Assembly: GCA_046483495.1 (NCBI GenBank)
Contig: JAWODC010000054.1
Span: 1 to 62,490 of the forward strand
DNA: 62,490 nucleotides
Origin: Desulfobacterales bacterium
GTDB taxonomy: Bacteria; Desulfobacterota; Desulfobacteria; Desulfobacterales; UBA5616
Direction of reading: 5' to 3'
In this document: positions 28,049 through 38,343 of the stretch, piece by piece
How the letters are laid out: each line of letters starts with the position of its first letter
Position numbering within the stretch: position 1 is the first letter of the stretch
The notes under the pieces: generated by a model
What the model was told of the DNA's origin: nothing
Database searches by the model: none
What the model saw: the letters and a program-made list of their open reading frames with translations, nothing else
Translations under genes and position numbers: made by a program

Positions 28049-28711
28049 ATGCCCGGCCGCGTCAAGAAAATGGAAGATTTTTTTTATATCGTCGAAAAGG
28101 CAATTCAAAACCATTCTGAAGGCGCATTACTGAAGAGGTACAATGCCGACCCGAATATTCGATTATTCCTATCCCATGACATCATCACGATTGATCCGAA
28201 AGCCTTTTATGAACCTAACAATCACTCCATAGCATCCATTACACGAGAAGCATATCACACGCATAATGAAGTGGCTTTCACCGGGATTATCGACGAAGAA
28301 AACCGCCATATCCCGGAATTCGTCAGAGGCGAAACGGGAAATTGGGATGGCTGTGATTGGGATGCCGGAGATTTATTGCCCCGTTCATATGAAAAAGCTT
28401 TGGATCAAGAGAAAAAAGTGAGTTTGGGGCTCACGCATCCCGGATCGTATGGCGCCATATGTTCCAACCGATACTGGAGCCAACGGCAGCTGGCGGGATT
28501 TAAGGATTATTTCACTCAAAAAAATGTAAAAACCGGTCTTTATCGAGAATATGGCGGCGACTATTGCGAGCTGTACATCAGAGCCATGGAAGATCATTTC
28601 ATCTCCAGGTTTTCTCTCATTGCAAATCCATGGGAAAATCACCTGGGTGTATTCGAACTCGACCTGGAAAATAAAGGCAACGTGATTTATCACCCCTGGG
28701 ATGCAGGATAA
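28049..28711 (+). CDS. Hypothetical protein
   Basis: 220-aa ORF with GGAG upstream; no family recognised. Confidence 0.65.
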   Translation: MPGRVKKMEDFFYIVEKAIQNHSEGALLKRYNADPNIRLFLSHDIITIDPKAFYEPNNHSIASITREAYHTHNEVAFTGIIDEENRHIPEFVRGETGNWDGCDWDAGDLLPRSYEKALDQEKKVSLGLTHPGSYGAICSNRYWSQRQLAGFKDYFTQKNVKTGLYREYGGDYCELYIRAMEDHFISRFSLIANPWENHLGVFELDLENKGNVIYHPWDAG

Positions 28712-28808
28712 ACTTTACAAAAGATGTATACCTTGGTAATTTCCCTTGCGTTCGGGATCATGTGGCAAACCGGCCTTCGGCAGACGATAGAAGCGGTAGA
28801 TAAAACAA

Positions 28809-30653
28809 GTGAAAAAGAACAGATGGGCCATAGACGAGGGCGTAAAGACCGGGCTTTTGCCTCATTACGCTGATTTTCGAGAATGCCTGAGCGTTGAGGA
28901 TGCTATCGGTGAAGTCGACATCGGACGGTGGGAACTCGCCGATATTATCGACACCCAAGCGGTTCAGGCGGTTATGGAGGATTTTTACGCGCTTACCGGG
29001 ATTCCCATGAGCATTATCGATCGTAAAGGGGAAATCCTGGTGGGGGTTGGGTGGCAGGATATTTGCACGCGATTTCATCGCATTCATCCGGAAACCCGCC
29101 GCCATTGCATTGAGAGCAGTACACTGCTCTCGGCAGGTGTTTCACCCGGGGAATCCAAACTGTACAAGTGCAAAAACAACATGTGGGATGTCGCCACCCC
29201 CCTGATGGTCGGCAACAGGAAAGTGGGCAACATTTTTTCCGGACAGTTTTTCTTCGAAGACGATCCCATCGATTATGAACTGTTTCGCCGGCAAGCCGGA
29301 CAATACGGATTCGATGAACAGGCCTATATCGCGGCTCTCGAAGAGGTCCCCCGATTGAGCCGGGAATCCGTGAACAGGGGCATGGCCTTTTTCAAGCGAT
29401 TCGCTGATCTGCTTTCCAGGCAGGGCTATAACAATATCAAGCTGATTCGTGCCGTTGCGGAGAAGGATGCGCTGATGGATTCGCTCCGCGAAAGCCGCCG
29501 GGATTTGAATCGCGCCCAAGCCGTGTCCCATACGGGCAGTTGGCGTCTGAATGTGAAGAAAAACGCATTATTCTGGTCCGAGGAGGCTCATCGCATATTC
29601 GGCGTGCCCGAGGATACACCGTTAACCTATGAAACATTTTTAACCTACGTTCACCCGGAAGACCGGGAATTTGTAGACCGGAAATGGAAAAAGGCCCTGA
29701 ATGGGGATCTTTATGACCTGGAACATCGGATCCTGGTCGATGATACAGTCAAATGGGTCCGGGAACGGGCCGAGCTGGAGTTCGATCAAAACGGTAATCT
29801 TCTCGGCGGCTTCGGAACGGTTCAGGATATCACTGAGCTGAAGCAATTCGAGGAGGAATTGCGCAAAACCCGTGATGAATTGGAGCTCCGTGTATGGGAA
29901 CGTACGGCCGAACTCGAAAAATTGAACGACGAGCAAAAAATTTACGTATCGCTTCTTGAAAAGAGCAACAGGGAATTGGAAGATTTTGCGCATGTCGCCT
30001 CCCATGACCTGCAGGAACCTTTGCGAAAGATAAGGACATTCGCCGACCGATTGTTTGCCGTGGATCAGGGGAATCTGAATGCAAAGACGCGTGACTACCT
30101 GCAGCGGATGCAAAATGCCGCCGGAAGGATGCAGGCCTTGGTGCAGGACCTTCTAAAATACTCGCGTGCAGCTTCATCCCAGGACCCGTTTACCCGCTTC
30201 AACCTCAACGGCCCGGTTGAAGATGCCGTAAAAGATCTCATGTTGATTTTTGAGGAAACTCAGGGAAGCATCAGCATCGGGAAACTTCCGGAAATTGACG
30301 GCGATGAGGTTCAGATGATTCAGCTTTTTCAGAATCTCATCGGCAACGGATTGAAATACCGAAGTGAGCGAAAGCCGATAATCCACATACGGACGGTTGA
30401 TTCGGATGCATTTCCTTTTTTTGAAATTCATGTAGAGGATAACGGCATAGGCTTTGACGAAACCTATTTGGACAAGATCTTCAAACCTTTTCAGCGCCTT
30501 CACGGAAGAGACGCCCCTTACAAGGGCACAGGCATGGGTCTTGCCATCTGCCGCAGAATCGTGGAGCGGCACGGCGGTTTTATAACAGCCCATAGTAAAC
30601 CGGGGAAGGGTTCGACGTTCATCATTCAACTTCCCAAACAGCTGCGAATATAA
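28809..30653 (+). CDS. PocR-PAS sensor histidine kinase
   Basis: PocR sensor (GWQDICTRFHR...YKCKNNMWD...GQFF), PAS_3, ASHDLQEPLRKI, QNLIGNGLKY, GTGMGLAIC. Confidence 0.92.
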   Translation: MKKNRWAIDEGVKTGLLPHYADFRECLSVEDAIGEVDIGRWELADIIDTQAVQAVMEDFYALTGIPMSIIDRKGEILVGVGWQDICTRFHRIHPETRRHCIESSTLLSAGVSPGESKLYKCKNNMWDVATPLMVGNRKVGNIFSGQFFFEDDPIDYELFRRQAGQYGFDEQAYIAALEEVPRLSRESVNRGMAFFKRFADLLSRQGYNNIKLIRAVAEKDALMDSLRESRRDLNRAQAVSHTGSWRLNVKKNALFWSEEAHRIFGVPEDTPLTYETFLTYVHPEDREFVDRKWKKALNGDLYDLEHRILVDDTVKWVRERAELEFDQNGNLLGGFGTVQDITELKQFEEELRKTRDELELRVWERTAELEKLNDEQKIYVSLLEKSNRELEDFAHVASHDLQEPLRKIRTFADRLFAVDQGNLNAKTRDYLQRMQNAAGRMQALVQDLLKYSRAASSQDPFTRFNLNGPVEDAVKDLMLIFEETQGSISIGKLPEIDGDEVQMIQLFQNLIGNGLKYRSERKPIIHIRTVDSDAFPFFEIHVEDNGIGFDETYLDKIFKPFQRLHGRDAPYKGTGMGLAICRRIVERHGGFITAHSKPGKGSTFIIQLPKQLRI

Positions 30654-30659
30654 AAAAAC

Positions 30660-30799
30660 CGCGCATTTTCATCGGAAATGTCGTTTACGACAACCCGGGC
30701 ACCCGCTTCTCCCATCGCCTCGGCAATCGTTTTCCCCATACCGGAGCTTGCAACGGTCACTAATACTACTTGACCGTCTAATATTTTCCCTATTCCCAT
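30660..30799 (-). pseudogene. 5' remnant of a short-chain dehydrogenase (glucose 1-dehydrogenase-like)
   Basis: Manual translation from ATG 30799 (GGAG RBS): MGIGKILDGQVVLVTVASSGMGKTIAEAMGEAGARVVVNDISDE; TGxxxGxG degraded to TVASSGMG; truncated at the convergent kinase gene. Confidence 0.8.
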
Positions 30800-30879
30800 A
30801 TTTTTCTCCGTTTATCTCACCATCAACCTCATGAAGAGCACGAAGGGGCACAAAAGGGGCATGGATGGTTTATGAACGC

Positions 30880-32691
30880 CTATTTGTTTTCAGCCTCGGA
30901 AATGGCCCAGGCCGCATTGATGAGACCGATATGACTGAACGCCTGGGGAAAATTGCCGATCAACTCACCGGTTGTACCGTCGATTTCTTCGGCCAGCAGG
31001 CCTACGTCATTCATATAAGCGGCGGCCCTTTCAAAAGCTTCACGGGCTTTTTCCGGTTTCCCGGCCAATGCCAGTGCATGAGCCAGCCAGAATGTGCACA
31101 GAAGAAAGGTCCCTTCCTCCCCCTCCAATCCATCGGCTGATCTGTACCGGTAAACCAGTCCGTTTGCGTCGGTCAGTTCTCTTTCGACGGCGGCGATGGT
31201 CGATATCACCCGGGGATCATCGCCCGGAAGAAATCCTACGATCGGGATCATCAGGTTGGATGCATCGAGCACCTCGTTTTCAAACGTTTGGGTAAATGCG
31301 CCGATGTTTTCGTTCCACCCTTTGGCCGATACCGCATCCGCGATCTGCTCGCGCACTTCTTTCCAGACCGCCACCTTGTCCGTGGCCTCCAGAATATCGG
31401 CCAGGGCGATGGCCCGGTCCAGGGCCACCCAGCACATGATCTTGGAATAGACAAAATGCTGCGCCGGTCCCCGAATTTCCCATATGCCCTGGTCCTTTAT
31501 CCGCCAGCGCTCCGCTGCCGCATCGGCCATAACAGCCATGAAATGCCGCGTGACTCGATCGGTTTTTTCCAGGTAGTCCTTCATCCGGAAGGCGGCGTCG
31601 AGAAGCTCGCCATACACATCGATCTGCCGCTGGGTCCAGGCGCCGTTTCCCACCCGGACCGGCCTGCTGCCGCGCCATCCGGAGAGGTGCGGCAGTTCGC
31701 GTTCGCTCAAATCATGTTCACCGCCGATGCCGAACACGATCTGGATATCCCGCCCTGTCTGCACCTGTGCAACTGCCGCGCTCGCCATGAAATCGAAGAA
31801 TCGATACGCCTCGTCAGGGCAGGCGGCCACCCACAAGGCATGATGCGTGAAGCTGGCGTCTCGAATCCAGGTGTACCGATAATCCCAGTTGCGCACCCCC
31901 CCGACGGTTTCCGGCAGCGAGGTGGTGGGAGCAGCCACAATGGCGCCCGTAGGGTAATAGGTGAGGCCCTGCAGAACCCTGCCCGAGTGATGGACCATAT
32001 CCCGATAAGGGCCCTGGTAGTTCTGGTGCATCGCCGACCAGGTATGCCAGCCATGGAGGGTGCCGTCGAAGTAGCGGCGGGTTTTTCCCACCGGCCATGC
32101 TTCGGGACGGGCTTCGGAGGTGCTCCTGTACTCGAGGGCAAAAAAATACGCGTCGCCGGATTCGATTTTGAATGTTGTCCGTCCGGAAAAATAGTCGATA
32201 TCAAGGTCTATCGGCGAAGTCAGAAATAAACAGGCGGCACCCCCCTGGGCAATGACCCCTTCGTCTGTTTTGCGCAAAACCGGTGATATCAGTCCATATT
32301 CAGGCCGGGGCTCGAATTCGATGACAATGTCCGTTTTTCCGTTTGTGCAGCGAAGCCTGCGGATAACGGTATGGGGCACTTCTGCGCCAAGCTCATGCCC
32401 GGTGTCGTTTGGACCGACGGCAAGCATGTCCTCGAGAACCACTTCGGAGGATTCGTTGCGGAAAATCGTTTTAAGGCACAGCGCCTCTTCCCGATAGGCT
32501 CGTCGTATTTCGTCGACCTGAACCGGACAAATACTGAAGTGCCCGCCTCTATCGTCCAAAAGACGGCAAAAAACAGCCGGTGAATCGAACCTGGGAAAAG
32601 GAAGCCAGTCAATAGAACCCGCCCGACTGATCAGGCCGGCGGTATGGCAGTCGGAAACCAGGGCATAGTCACCAATGGGAAGACGGCTCAT
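30880..32691 (-). CDS. Glycoside hydrolase family 15 (trehalase/glucoamylase-like)
   Basis: AAPTTSLPE, RNWDYRYTWIRD, GIWEIRG, GNFPQAFSH. Confidence 0.95.
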   Translation of the reverse strand: MSRLPIGDYALVSDCHTAGLISRAGSIDWLPFPRFDSPAVFCRLLDDRGGHFSICPVQVDEIRRAYREEALCLKTIFRNESSEVVLEDMLAVGPNDTGHELGAEVPHTVIRRLRCTNGKTDIVIEFEPRPEYGLISPVLRKTDEGVIAQGGAACLFLTSPIDLDIDYFSGRTTFKIESGDAYFFALEYRSTSEARPEAWPVGKTRRYFDGTLHGWHTWSAMHQNYQGPYRDMVHHSGRVLQGLTYYPTGAIVAAPTTSLPETVGGVRNWDYRYTWIRDASFTHHALWVAACPDEAYRFFDFMASAAVAQVQTGRDIQIVFGIGGEHDLSERELPHLSGWRGSRPVRVGNGAWTQRQIDVYGELLDAAFRMKDYLEKTDRVTRHFMAVMADAAAERWRIKDQGIWEIRGPAQHFVYSKIMCWVALDRAIALADILEATDKVAVWKEVREQIADAVSAKGWNENIGAFTQTFENEVLDASNLMIPIVGFLPGDDPRVISTIAAVERELTDANGLVYRYRSADGLEGEEGTFLLCTFWLAHALALAGKPEKAREAFERAAAYMNDVGLLAEEIDGTTGELIGNFPQAFSHIGLINAAWAISEAENK

Positions 32692-32810
32692 CGGGCCTCC
32701 CTTTTAAAAGCAACGTGCTGCTTTATTTCTTAAAAATTCCCATTCCCGATGTGCAATCAAATCAACCGGACATGCGATCCCATGGATTCGATATCGTTTG
32801 CAGGAAGAAG

Positions 32811-33173
32811 TCACAAAGTCTTCAAATATGAAACGACGGCATCGATTTCGCGGCCTGTGAGCTTATCTTCAAATGACGGCATGTTCCCGTACGGGTCGAT
32901 CATCTGATCTTTTACATTCTGTTCGGTGACGGGCCGTTCACTGACCGGAAGATTGTCGCGTTCGAAGAGTCCTGCAAGCCCCGGGCCGATTTTGGTTTCC
33001 CGGCTTTCCGTAAAATGGCACTGGCTGCATCCGTTTTCCTGGAATAAGCGGGCACCCGTGGTAGAAGGCGCATCACCGGCAACCCAGGCCCGCACGCCGG
33101 CAAAAACGATGATGGCGGCCGCAACAACGCCGATGACCGAAGATGAAGCATATTTGAGTTGAACTTTACGCAT
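32811..33173 (-). CDS. Monoheme cytochrome c
   Basis: N-terminal anchor, CSQCH, IGPGL, distal MPSF. Confidence 0.88.
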   Translation of the reverse strand: MRKVQLKYASSSVIGVVAAAIIVFAGVRAWVAGDAPSTTGARLFQENGCSQCHFTESRETKIGPGLAGLFERDNLPVSERPVTEQNVKDQMIDPYGNMPSFEDKLTGREIDAVVSYLKTL

Positions 33174-33192
33174 GCCGTTTGCATCCTTTTTG

Positions 33193-34512
33193 TCAATCCA
33201 AAAAAGAAAAAATCTCCACCCGAATCTGTCGATGAGAAACATTCAATTGCTGCAGGGCGGCTATCACCCCCTTGATCAACGGGGGCGGACCACAGACATA
33301 AAACGTCTTTGACGACAGATCTTCGCCGCAATAGCGCTCGATCTTGTCTTTGTCGATAAACCCCCGCTCCCCTTTCCAATCGTCACCGGGATCGCTTAGC
33401 ACGTGCACGACTTTCAGATTGGGATTTTTCCCTGCCTCGATGTTCTCGAGCTCACCGCGAAAAACAATCCGGTCGACATCCGGATTTCCGTAAAGCAGCA
33501 GAACCGACCGGGTGTCCCCCGTATCCCGCATATGCCGGAGCATGCTCATTAAAGGGGTAATTCCGATTCCCCCCGCGGTGAAAACCAAATCTTTTTCTTT
33601 CGGGTGCAGCATATAAGAAAAGCGCCCGAACGGCGCATGGACAGCCGCCGTATCCCCGGGCCGGGTATCCTTGATGGTTGCGGTAAAATCACCCAACGCT
33701 TTGATGGTGGATGTCACATGCCCCTGTTGAGTCGGGCTGGAGGAAATGGTCCAGTGGTGTTCCTCCACCGGCAGATTCCGGTTTCGGTAAAAGGTGATAA
33801 ACTGAAACTGCCCCGGAAGATAATCATATACCCGCCCGTTCTCGGGCGGTGCGAGTTCAACCGTATGGACGCCTTCCATTTCTTCCCGAAGGTCAACCAC
33901 CCGCCATGGCCGGCGTTTAAGCAAATACGGACGAATAAGGCGGTGACCAACAAACACCGCCACGGCGAGGATCACCATGATTATCCAAAGCGTCTGAATG
34001 GAAACGCTCTGCAGATCGGTTCCGACAACATAAGAATGGATGAAGATGAAAATGATAATGGCAGGCCCGAGAACATCATGCGTCATTCGCCATTTTTCGA
34101 ATTTCATCTTCAATTTCCGCTGGTACCAGCTCACGCCCACATGGATCAGCAGGAGCAGCAGTGTTATCTTTCCCAGCCAGATATACCACGGCTGATCCAG
34201 GGAGATAAGCAGATCCGCGCTGCCGGCGCCGATTGCAAGCAGTATGGGATGCAGTATGAGCAGAAACGCTGCAAAGATACCCGTATACTTGTGGAATCGA
34301 AGGAGGATGTCGAGGCCGTACGGTCGTTCTATGGACCTGATTCGGGCTGCCAACAGCACCTGCATCATCACGATCATGAAGGCTGCAAGCGCACTGTTTC
34401 GGCCAAGTTCGTATACAAAACCTTCTGTGACCTCACTGTTAATCGTAACAATCAACAGGGGAACCAGTATAATGATCAGGTAAACGAAAATCCAGAACAA
34501 TCCCTTCAGCAT
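33193..34512 (-). CDS. Ferric reductase-like transmembrane flavoprotein (heme b TM domain + FAD/NAD domain)
   Basis: TM His pairs, PGQF, EHHWTISS, AGGIGITP, YVCGP. Confidence 0.9.
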   Translation of the reverse strand: MLKGLFWIFVYLIIILVPLLIVTINSEVTEGFVYELGRNSALAAFMIVMMQVLLAARIRSIERPYGLDILLRFHKYTGIFAAFLLILHPILLAIGAGSADLLISLDQPWYIWLGKITLLLLLIHVGVSWYQRKLKMKFEKWRMTHDVLGPAIIIFIFIHSYVVGTDLQSVSIQTLWIIMVILAVAVFVGHRLIRPYLLKRRPWRVVDLREEMEGVHTVELAPPENGRVYDYLPGQFQFITFYRNRNLPVEEHHWTISSSPTQQGHVTSTIKALGDFTATIKDTRPGDTAAVHAPFGRFSYMLHPKEKDLVFTAGGIGITPLMSMLRHMRDTGDTRSVLLLYGNPDVDRIVFRGELENIEAGKNPNLKVVHVLSDPGDDWKGERGFIDKDKIERYCGEDLSSKTFYVCGPPPLIKGVIAALQQLNVSHRQIRVEIFSFLD

Positions 34513-34765
34513 AATTCACCGCCAATCGTGATCTGTCCGGTTTGCCTTTTTTTATTCCATCATAAAAATGTCATAAGGCAAAGAACATAGAAAAAAACGC
34601 GTAATCCTTTTTGAAAAAGGCTGTATTTTCGGTTCGTTTATTCAGCCGCAACAACCGGCTAAACAGATTGAAAGCACATGCGAAGGCGTTTATCTCACCG
34701 GTGATGCTGCAGGCAACTTTTCTTCACCCACTTTTTCCGGTGAAAACTACAGACGATTAAAACAA

Positions 34766-36829
34766 TTACGCGGTTTTGATTTCCGGAACTTTCAGAAATT
34801 TCGCATTGACGGCCACGATCACCGTGGAGAGAGACATCAGCACGGCGCCCGCGGCCGGCGATAGAATTACGCCGTAGCTGTAGAGAACACCCGCCGCCAG
34901 CGGGATGGCAAATGCGTTGTAGCCGGTGGCCCATGCCAGGTTCTGTATCATCTTTCGAAACGTCGCACGGGACAGGTCCAAGATGGCTACGGCATCCATC
35001 GGGTTGCTGCGGACCAGGATAATGTCCGCGGTCTGAACCGCCACATCGGTACCTGCACCGATGGCGATGCCTACATCCGCCTGGGCCAGGGCGGGCGCAT
35101 CGTTGACCCCGTCGCCGGTCATGGCGACGATCAGCCCCCGCGACTGCACTTCTTTCACCTTTTCGGCCTTGTCCTTGGGCAGGACCTCTGCAAAGTATTC
35201 GTCCAGCCCGATTGCCTCGGCCACCCATTGGGCGACGCGTGTGTTGTCGCCGGTCAGCATCATGCAGCGGATGCCCATTTCCTTGAGCCGGGAGACGGCA
35301 TCTTTAGACTCATCCCGTATAATGTCGGCCAGGGCGAAGGCGCCTTTGAGTTCTTCGCCGACCATTACAAATACAACGGTTTTTCCCTGGGCGTTGAACG
35401 TGTCGATACGTTCATCGTTCATCGGGATGTCATTTTCCCTCAACCAGCCGGGGCTTACGACCATAACCTTCTTTCCGTCGACATTCCCCTGAGCGCCTTT
35501 TCCGGGTATGGATTTGAAATCGTCAACCTGCGGCGGCTTTTCCACAGACGCGGCAATGCCCTTGGCGATGGGATGCTCCGAATGGGATTCAACGGCGGCG
35601 GCGTAATCGAGCAGTTGGTCTTCGGACATATCTTCAGAAAACACGATCGTATCCGTCACCCCGAATTCGCCCTTTGTCAGGGTGCCGGTCTTGTCAAAAA
35701 TAATCGCCTGAATGTTGCGTCCCCGCTCAAAAGAGGCCCGATCCCGGATGAGCAGCCCGTTCTTGGCGGAAAGCGCCGTAGACACGGCCACCACCAGCGG
35801 TATGGCCAGACCGAGCGCGTGGGGGCAGGTGATGACCATGACCGTGACGGTGCGCTCCAGAGAAAACGCGAAGTCCATTCCCATGAAGCCCAGCCACACG
35901 ATCAATGTGACAACTCCCCCTGTCAGGGCGATGATCGTCAGCCAAAAGGCCGCCCGATCGGCCAGGCTCTGGCTTCTGGACTTGCTCCGCTGGGCCTGCT
36001 CGACCAGATCGATCATCTGGGAAATAAAGGACTCCTTTCCGGTTTTTTGAACTTCGGCGGTCAACGACCCCTCGCCGTTCACCGCGCCCCCGATGAGTTT
36101 GTCGCCCGCCGTCTTGTCCACCGGCCTGGACTCCCCTGTAAGCATGGCCTCGTTGACGGAGCTTTCGCCTTCCACCACTTCCGCATCCACGGGTATTTTC
36201 TCCCCCGGCTTGATGAGAACCCTGTCTCCGGCCTGTATCTCTTCAATGGAGACATCCTGTGTACTTCCGTCCGGCATCACCTTGTGGGCGTCGGAAGGCA
36301 TGAGTTTTGCCAGCTCTTCCAGGGCCCGGGACGCCCCCATGACGGATCTCATTTCAATCCAATGCCCCAAGAGCATAATATCGATCAGTGTCGCCAATTC
36401 CCAAAAGAACACCTTGCCGGCCAGGCCGAAAACCACCACACTGCTGTAGCCGTATGCCGTGGTAATGGCGACGGCGATCAGGGTCATCATGCCGGGCTGC
36501 TTTTCTTTGAGCTCTTCGAAAAACCCCTTCAAAAAAGGCCATCCACCGTAAACGAATACGAACGAACTCAGCGCCCACAAAATATACAGATCACCCGTAA
36601 ACCTCAAATCCGCTCGTATGCCTAAAAAGTCCTGGATCATCGGCGACAGGATCAATACGGGAATGGTTGCAGCCAGTGAAATCCAAAACCGCTTTTTGAA
36701 ATCCGCCACCATGTGGGCGTGATGGTCCCCGCCTCGGTGACCTCCTTGTCGTTTCGAATGGTCCTGGTGCCGGTCGGAATACTTCGGCGATGTTGAAGCC
36801 TGTTTTTCGGCGGTATTCCGGTCGTCCAT
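34766..36829 (-). CDS. Copper-translocating P1B-type ATPase (CPH motif, CopB-type)
   Basis: His-rich N-terminus, TGES, CPHALG, DKTGT, GDGVNDAP, YN...MS.S. Confidence 0.95.
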   Translation of the reverse strand: MDDRNTAEKQASTSPKYSDRHQDHSKRQGGHRGGDHHAHMVADFKKRFWISLAATIPVLILSPMIQDFLGIRADLRFTGDLYILWALSSFVFVYGGWPFLKGFFEELKEKQPGMMTLIAVAITTAYGYSSVVVFGLAGKVFFWELATLIDIMLLGHWIEMRSVMGASRALEELAKLMPSDAHKVMPDGSTQDVSIEEIQAGDRVLIKPGEKIPVDAEVVEGESSVNEAMLTGESRPVDKTAGDKLIGGAVNGEGSLTAEVQKTGKESFISQMIDLVEQAQRSKSRSQSLADRAAFWLTIIALTGGVVTLIVWLGFMGMDFAFSLERTVTVMVITCPHALGLAIPLVVAVSTALSAKNGLLIRDRASFERGRNIQAIIFDKTGTLTKGEFGVTDTIVFSEDMSEDQLLDYAAAVESHSEHPIAKGIAASVEKPPQVDDFKSIPGKGAQGNVDGKKVMVVSPGWLRENDIPMNDERIDTFNAQGKTVVFVMVGEELKGAFALADIIRDESKDAVSRLKEMGIRCMMLTGDNTRVAQWVAEAIGLDEYFAEVLPKDKAEKVKEVQSRGLIVAMTGDGVNDAPALAQADVGIAIGAGTDVAVQTADIILVRSNPMDAVAILDLSRATFRKMIQNLAWATGYNAFAIPLAAGVLYSYGVILSPAAGAVLMSLSTVIVAVNAKFLKVPEIKTA

Positions 36830-36945
36830 ATGTCCCCCTTCCTACTCGCAGTTCATTGTGATCGTCGGAATAAATTTACGGTTGAACCCGGGAAAGAAAT
36901 CCATTGAAAACTTACGGGTCTTGAAAAAAACCGTTCAATCAGTAA

Positions 36946-37305
36946 TCATCGGAGAATGTCTTTTTTTATGCTTTCAAATTCATCACGGGTGATTTCTCCC
37001 CTGGCGTACCGCTCTTTTAAGATCTCCATTGCTTTTGGCCGTGAATCAACACCGGCATTGCTTCTATTGCTTCCACTCTGAACCATATATTTGATCAATA
37101 ATACGATTCCAACGACAACCAATACCCAAAACACGATCATCAACACCATACCGAGCCATCCTATGCCCCAGTCTCCCATCATCCAGTGGTGGTGCCAATC
37201 ATCGTACCTGCCGGAATTTGCACATACCGGGTTCGCGTAAATGCAATTCATGACAAAAAGGAAGAGTATCCATTGAAGCCGTTTCTTGGGTCGTTTATCC
37301 ATCAT
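36946..37305 (-). CDS. SHOCT domain membrane protein
   Basis: HHHWMMG, one TM, AMEILKERYARGEITRDEF. Confidence 0.85.
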   Translation of the reverse strand: MMDKRPKKRLQWILFLFVMNCIYANPVCANSGRYDDWHHHWMMGDWGIGWLGMVLMIVFWVLVVVGIVLLIKYMVQSGSNRSNAGVDSRPKAMEILKERYARGEITRDEFESIKKDILR

Positions 37306-37482
37306 CCTATCATCCTCATGAAGAAAATACTTATGAATATTTCCTCCAGGTTTTAGTCGGCGCCGCCGGGTGGCAGCATTGCTTACCATGTAGAAAAAAT
37401 CGCACGCCCTTCCGCCTTGCAGCGGTCGGTTCTGATGAGGTACTTCATGTGCACCTCCGATCTGTTCATAGGCAAGCGGGCA

Positions 37483-38331
37483 TCAAAACCAGAACCTTAC
37501 ACCGGCCACAAACGATGAGACGTTGATATCTTCGCCCTCTTCCTCGGCCAAATCCGCGGTTTCGCCCAATTTGCGGCTCCAGGCAACCCCGATATATGGA
37601 GCGAACTCCCGGCGGATTTCGTAGCGCAGCCGAAGCCCCAGTTCGATGCCGGTGATTCCCTGTCCGACGCCGTTTTCTTCCACCTCCTGTACGGCAACGC
37701 CGGTTTCCAACCGGGGCTGGAGAATAAGGCGCTGGCTGAGCAGAAGATCGTATTCGGCTTCGAGAGCTGCGGAAACATCGCCGTCATCGCTGACGTATGC
37801 CGTGGCATCCAACTCGAACCAGTAAGGGGCCAGCCCCTGAACGCCAAAAGCGGCGAATGACCGGTCCGGCTCGGGCTTGAAGTCGTGCCGGAGGCCGAAC
37901 TGCAGGTCCCAGAAGCTTGCGATATTAAATCCGTACAGCACCTCGATGCCGGCCTCCTCCACCTTTTCCTCATCCAGCAGCCAGGCCCCCTCGCTTTCCA
38001 CATACAGCTTATGGTAATCCGAACCGATCCAGGCCAGCACGTCCCAGACCAGGGCCTCGGTTCCTTCCCTTGTCTGGTATTCCAAACGGTCGCCCTGGAA
38101 AACGGCGAACATTTCGTTGTCGTGGACGGGCTGGATGCCGAAATTTTCCCGGGCGCCCGATTGGCCGTCCTCGGCATACTTCAGTATCCCCTTGCCTGAT
38201 TTGGGTTCAGGATGGCTTTCAGGAAAATCCGCGGGATAATTACGATCTTCCGGGTCAGCAAAAGGTTTTTCCGCGGCGACACAGACCATCGGCAGAATGA
38301 TCATCATCAGCAGCAGCATCCATATCTTCAT
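37483..38331 (-). CDS. copB: Copper resistance outer-membrane protein CopB/PcoB
   Basis: DRLEY, GVQGLAPYWFE, LRLRYEIRREFAPYIG, terminal RFWF. Confidence 0.93.
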   Translation of the reverse strand: MKIWMLLLMMIILPMVCVAAEKPFADPEDRNYPADFPESHPEPKSGKGILKYAEDGQSGARENFGIQPVHDNEMFAVFQGDRLEYQTREGTEALVWDVLAWIGSDYHKLYVESEGAWLLDEEKVEEAGIEVLYGFNIASFWDLQFGLRHDFKPEPDRSFAAFGVQGLAPYWFELDATAYVSDDGDVSAALEAEYDLLLSQRLILQPRLETGVAVQEVEENGVGQGITGIELGLRLRYEIRREFAPYIGVAWSRKLGETADLAEEEGEDINVSSFVAGVRFWF

Positions 38332-38343
38332 CTCATACCTCCT

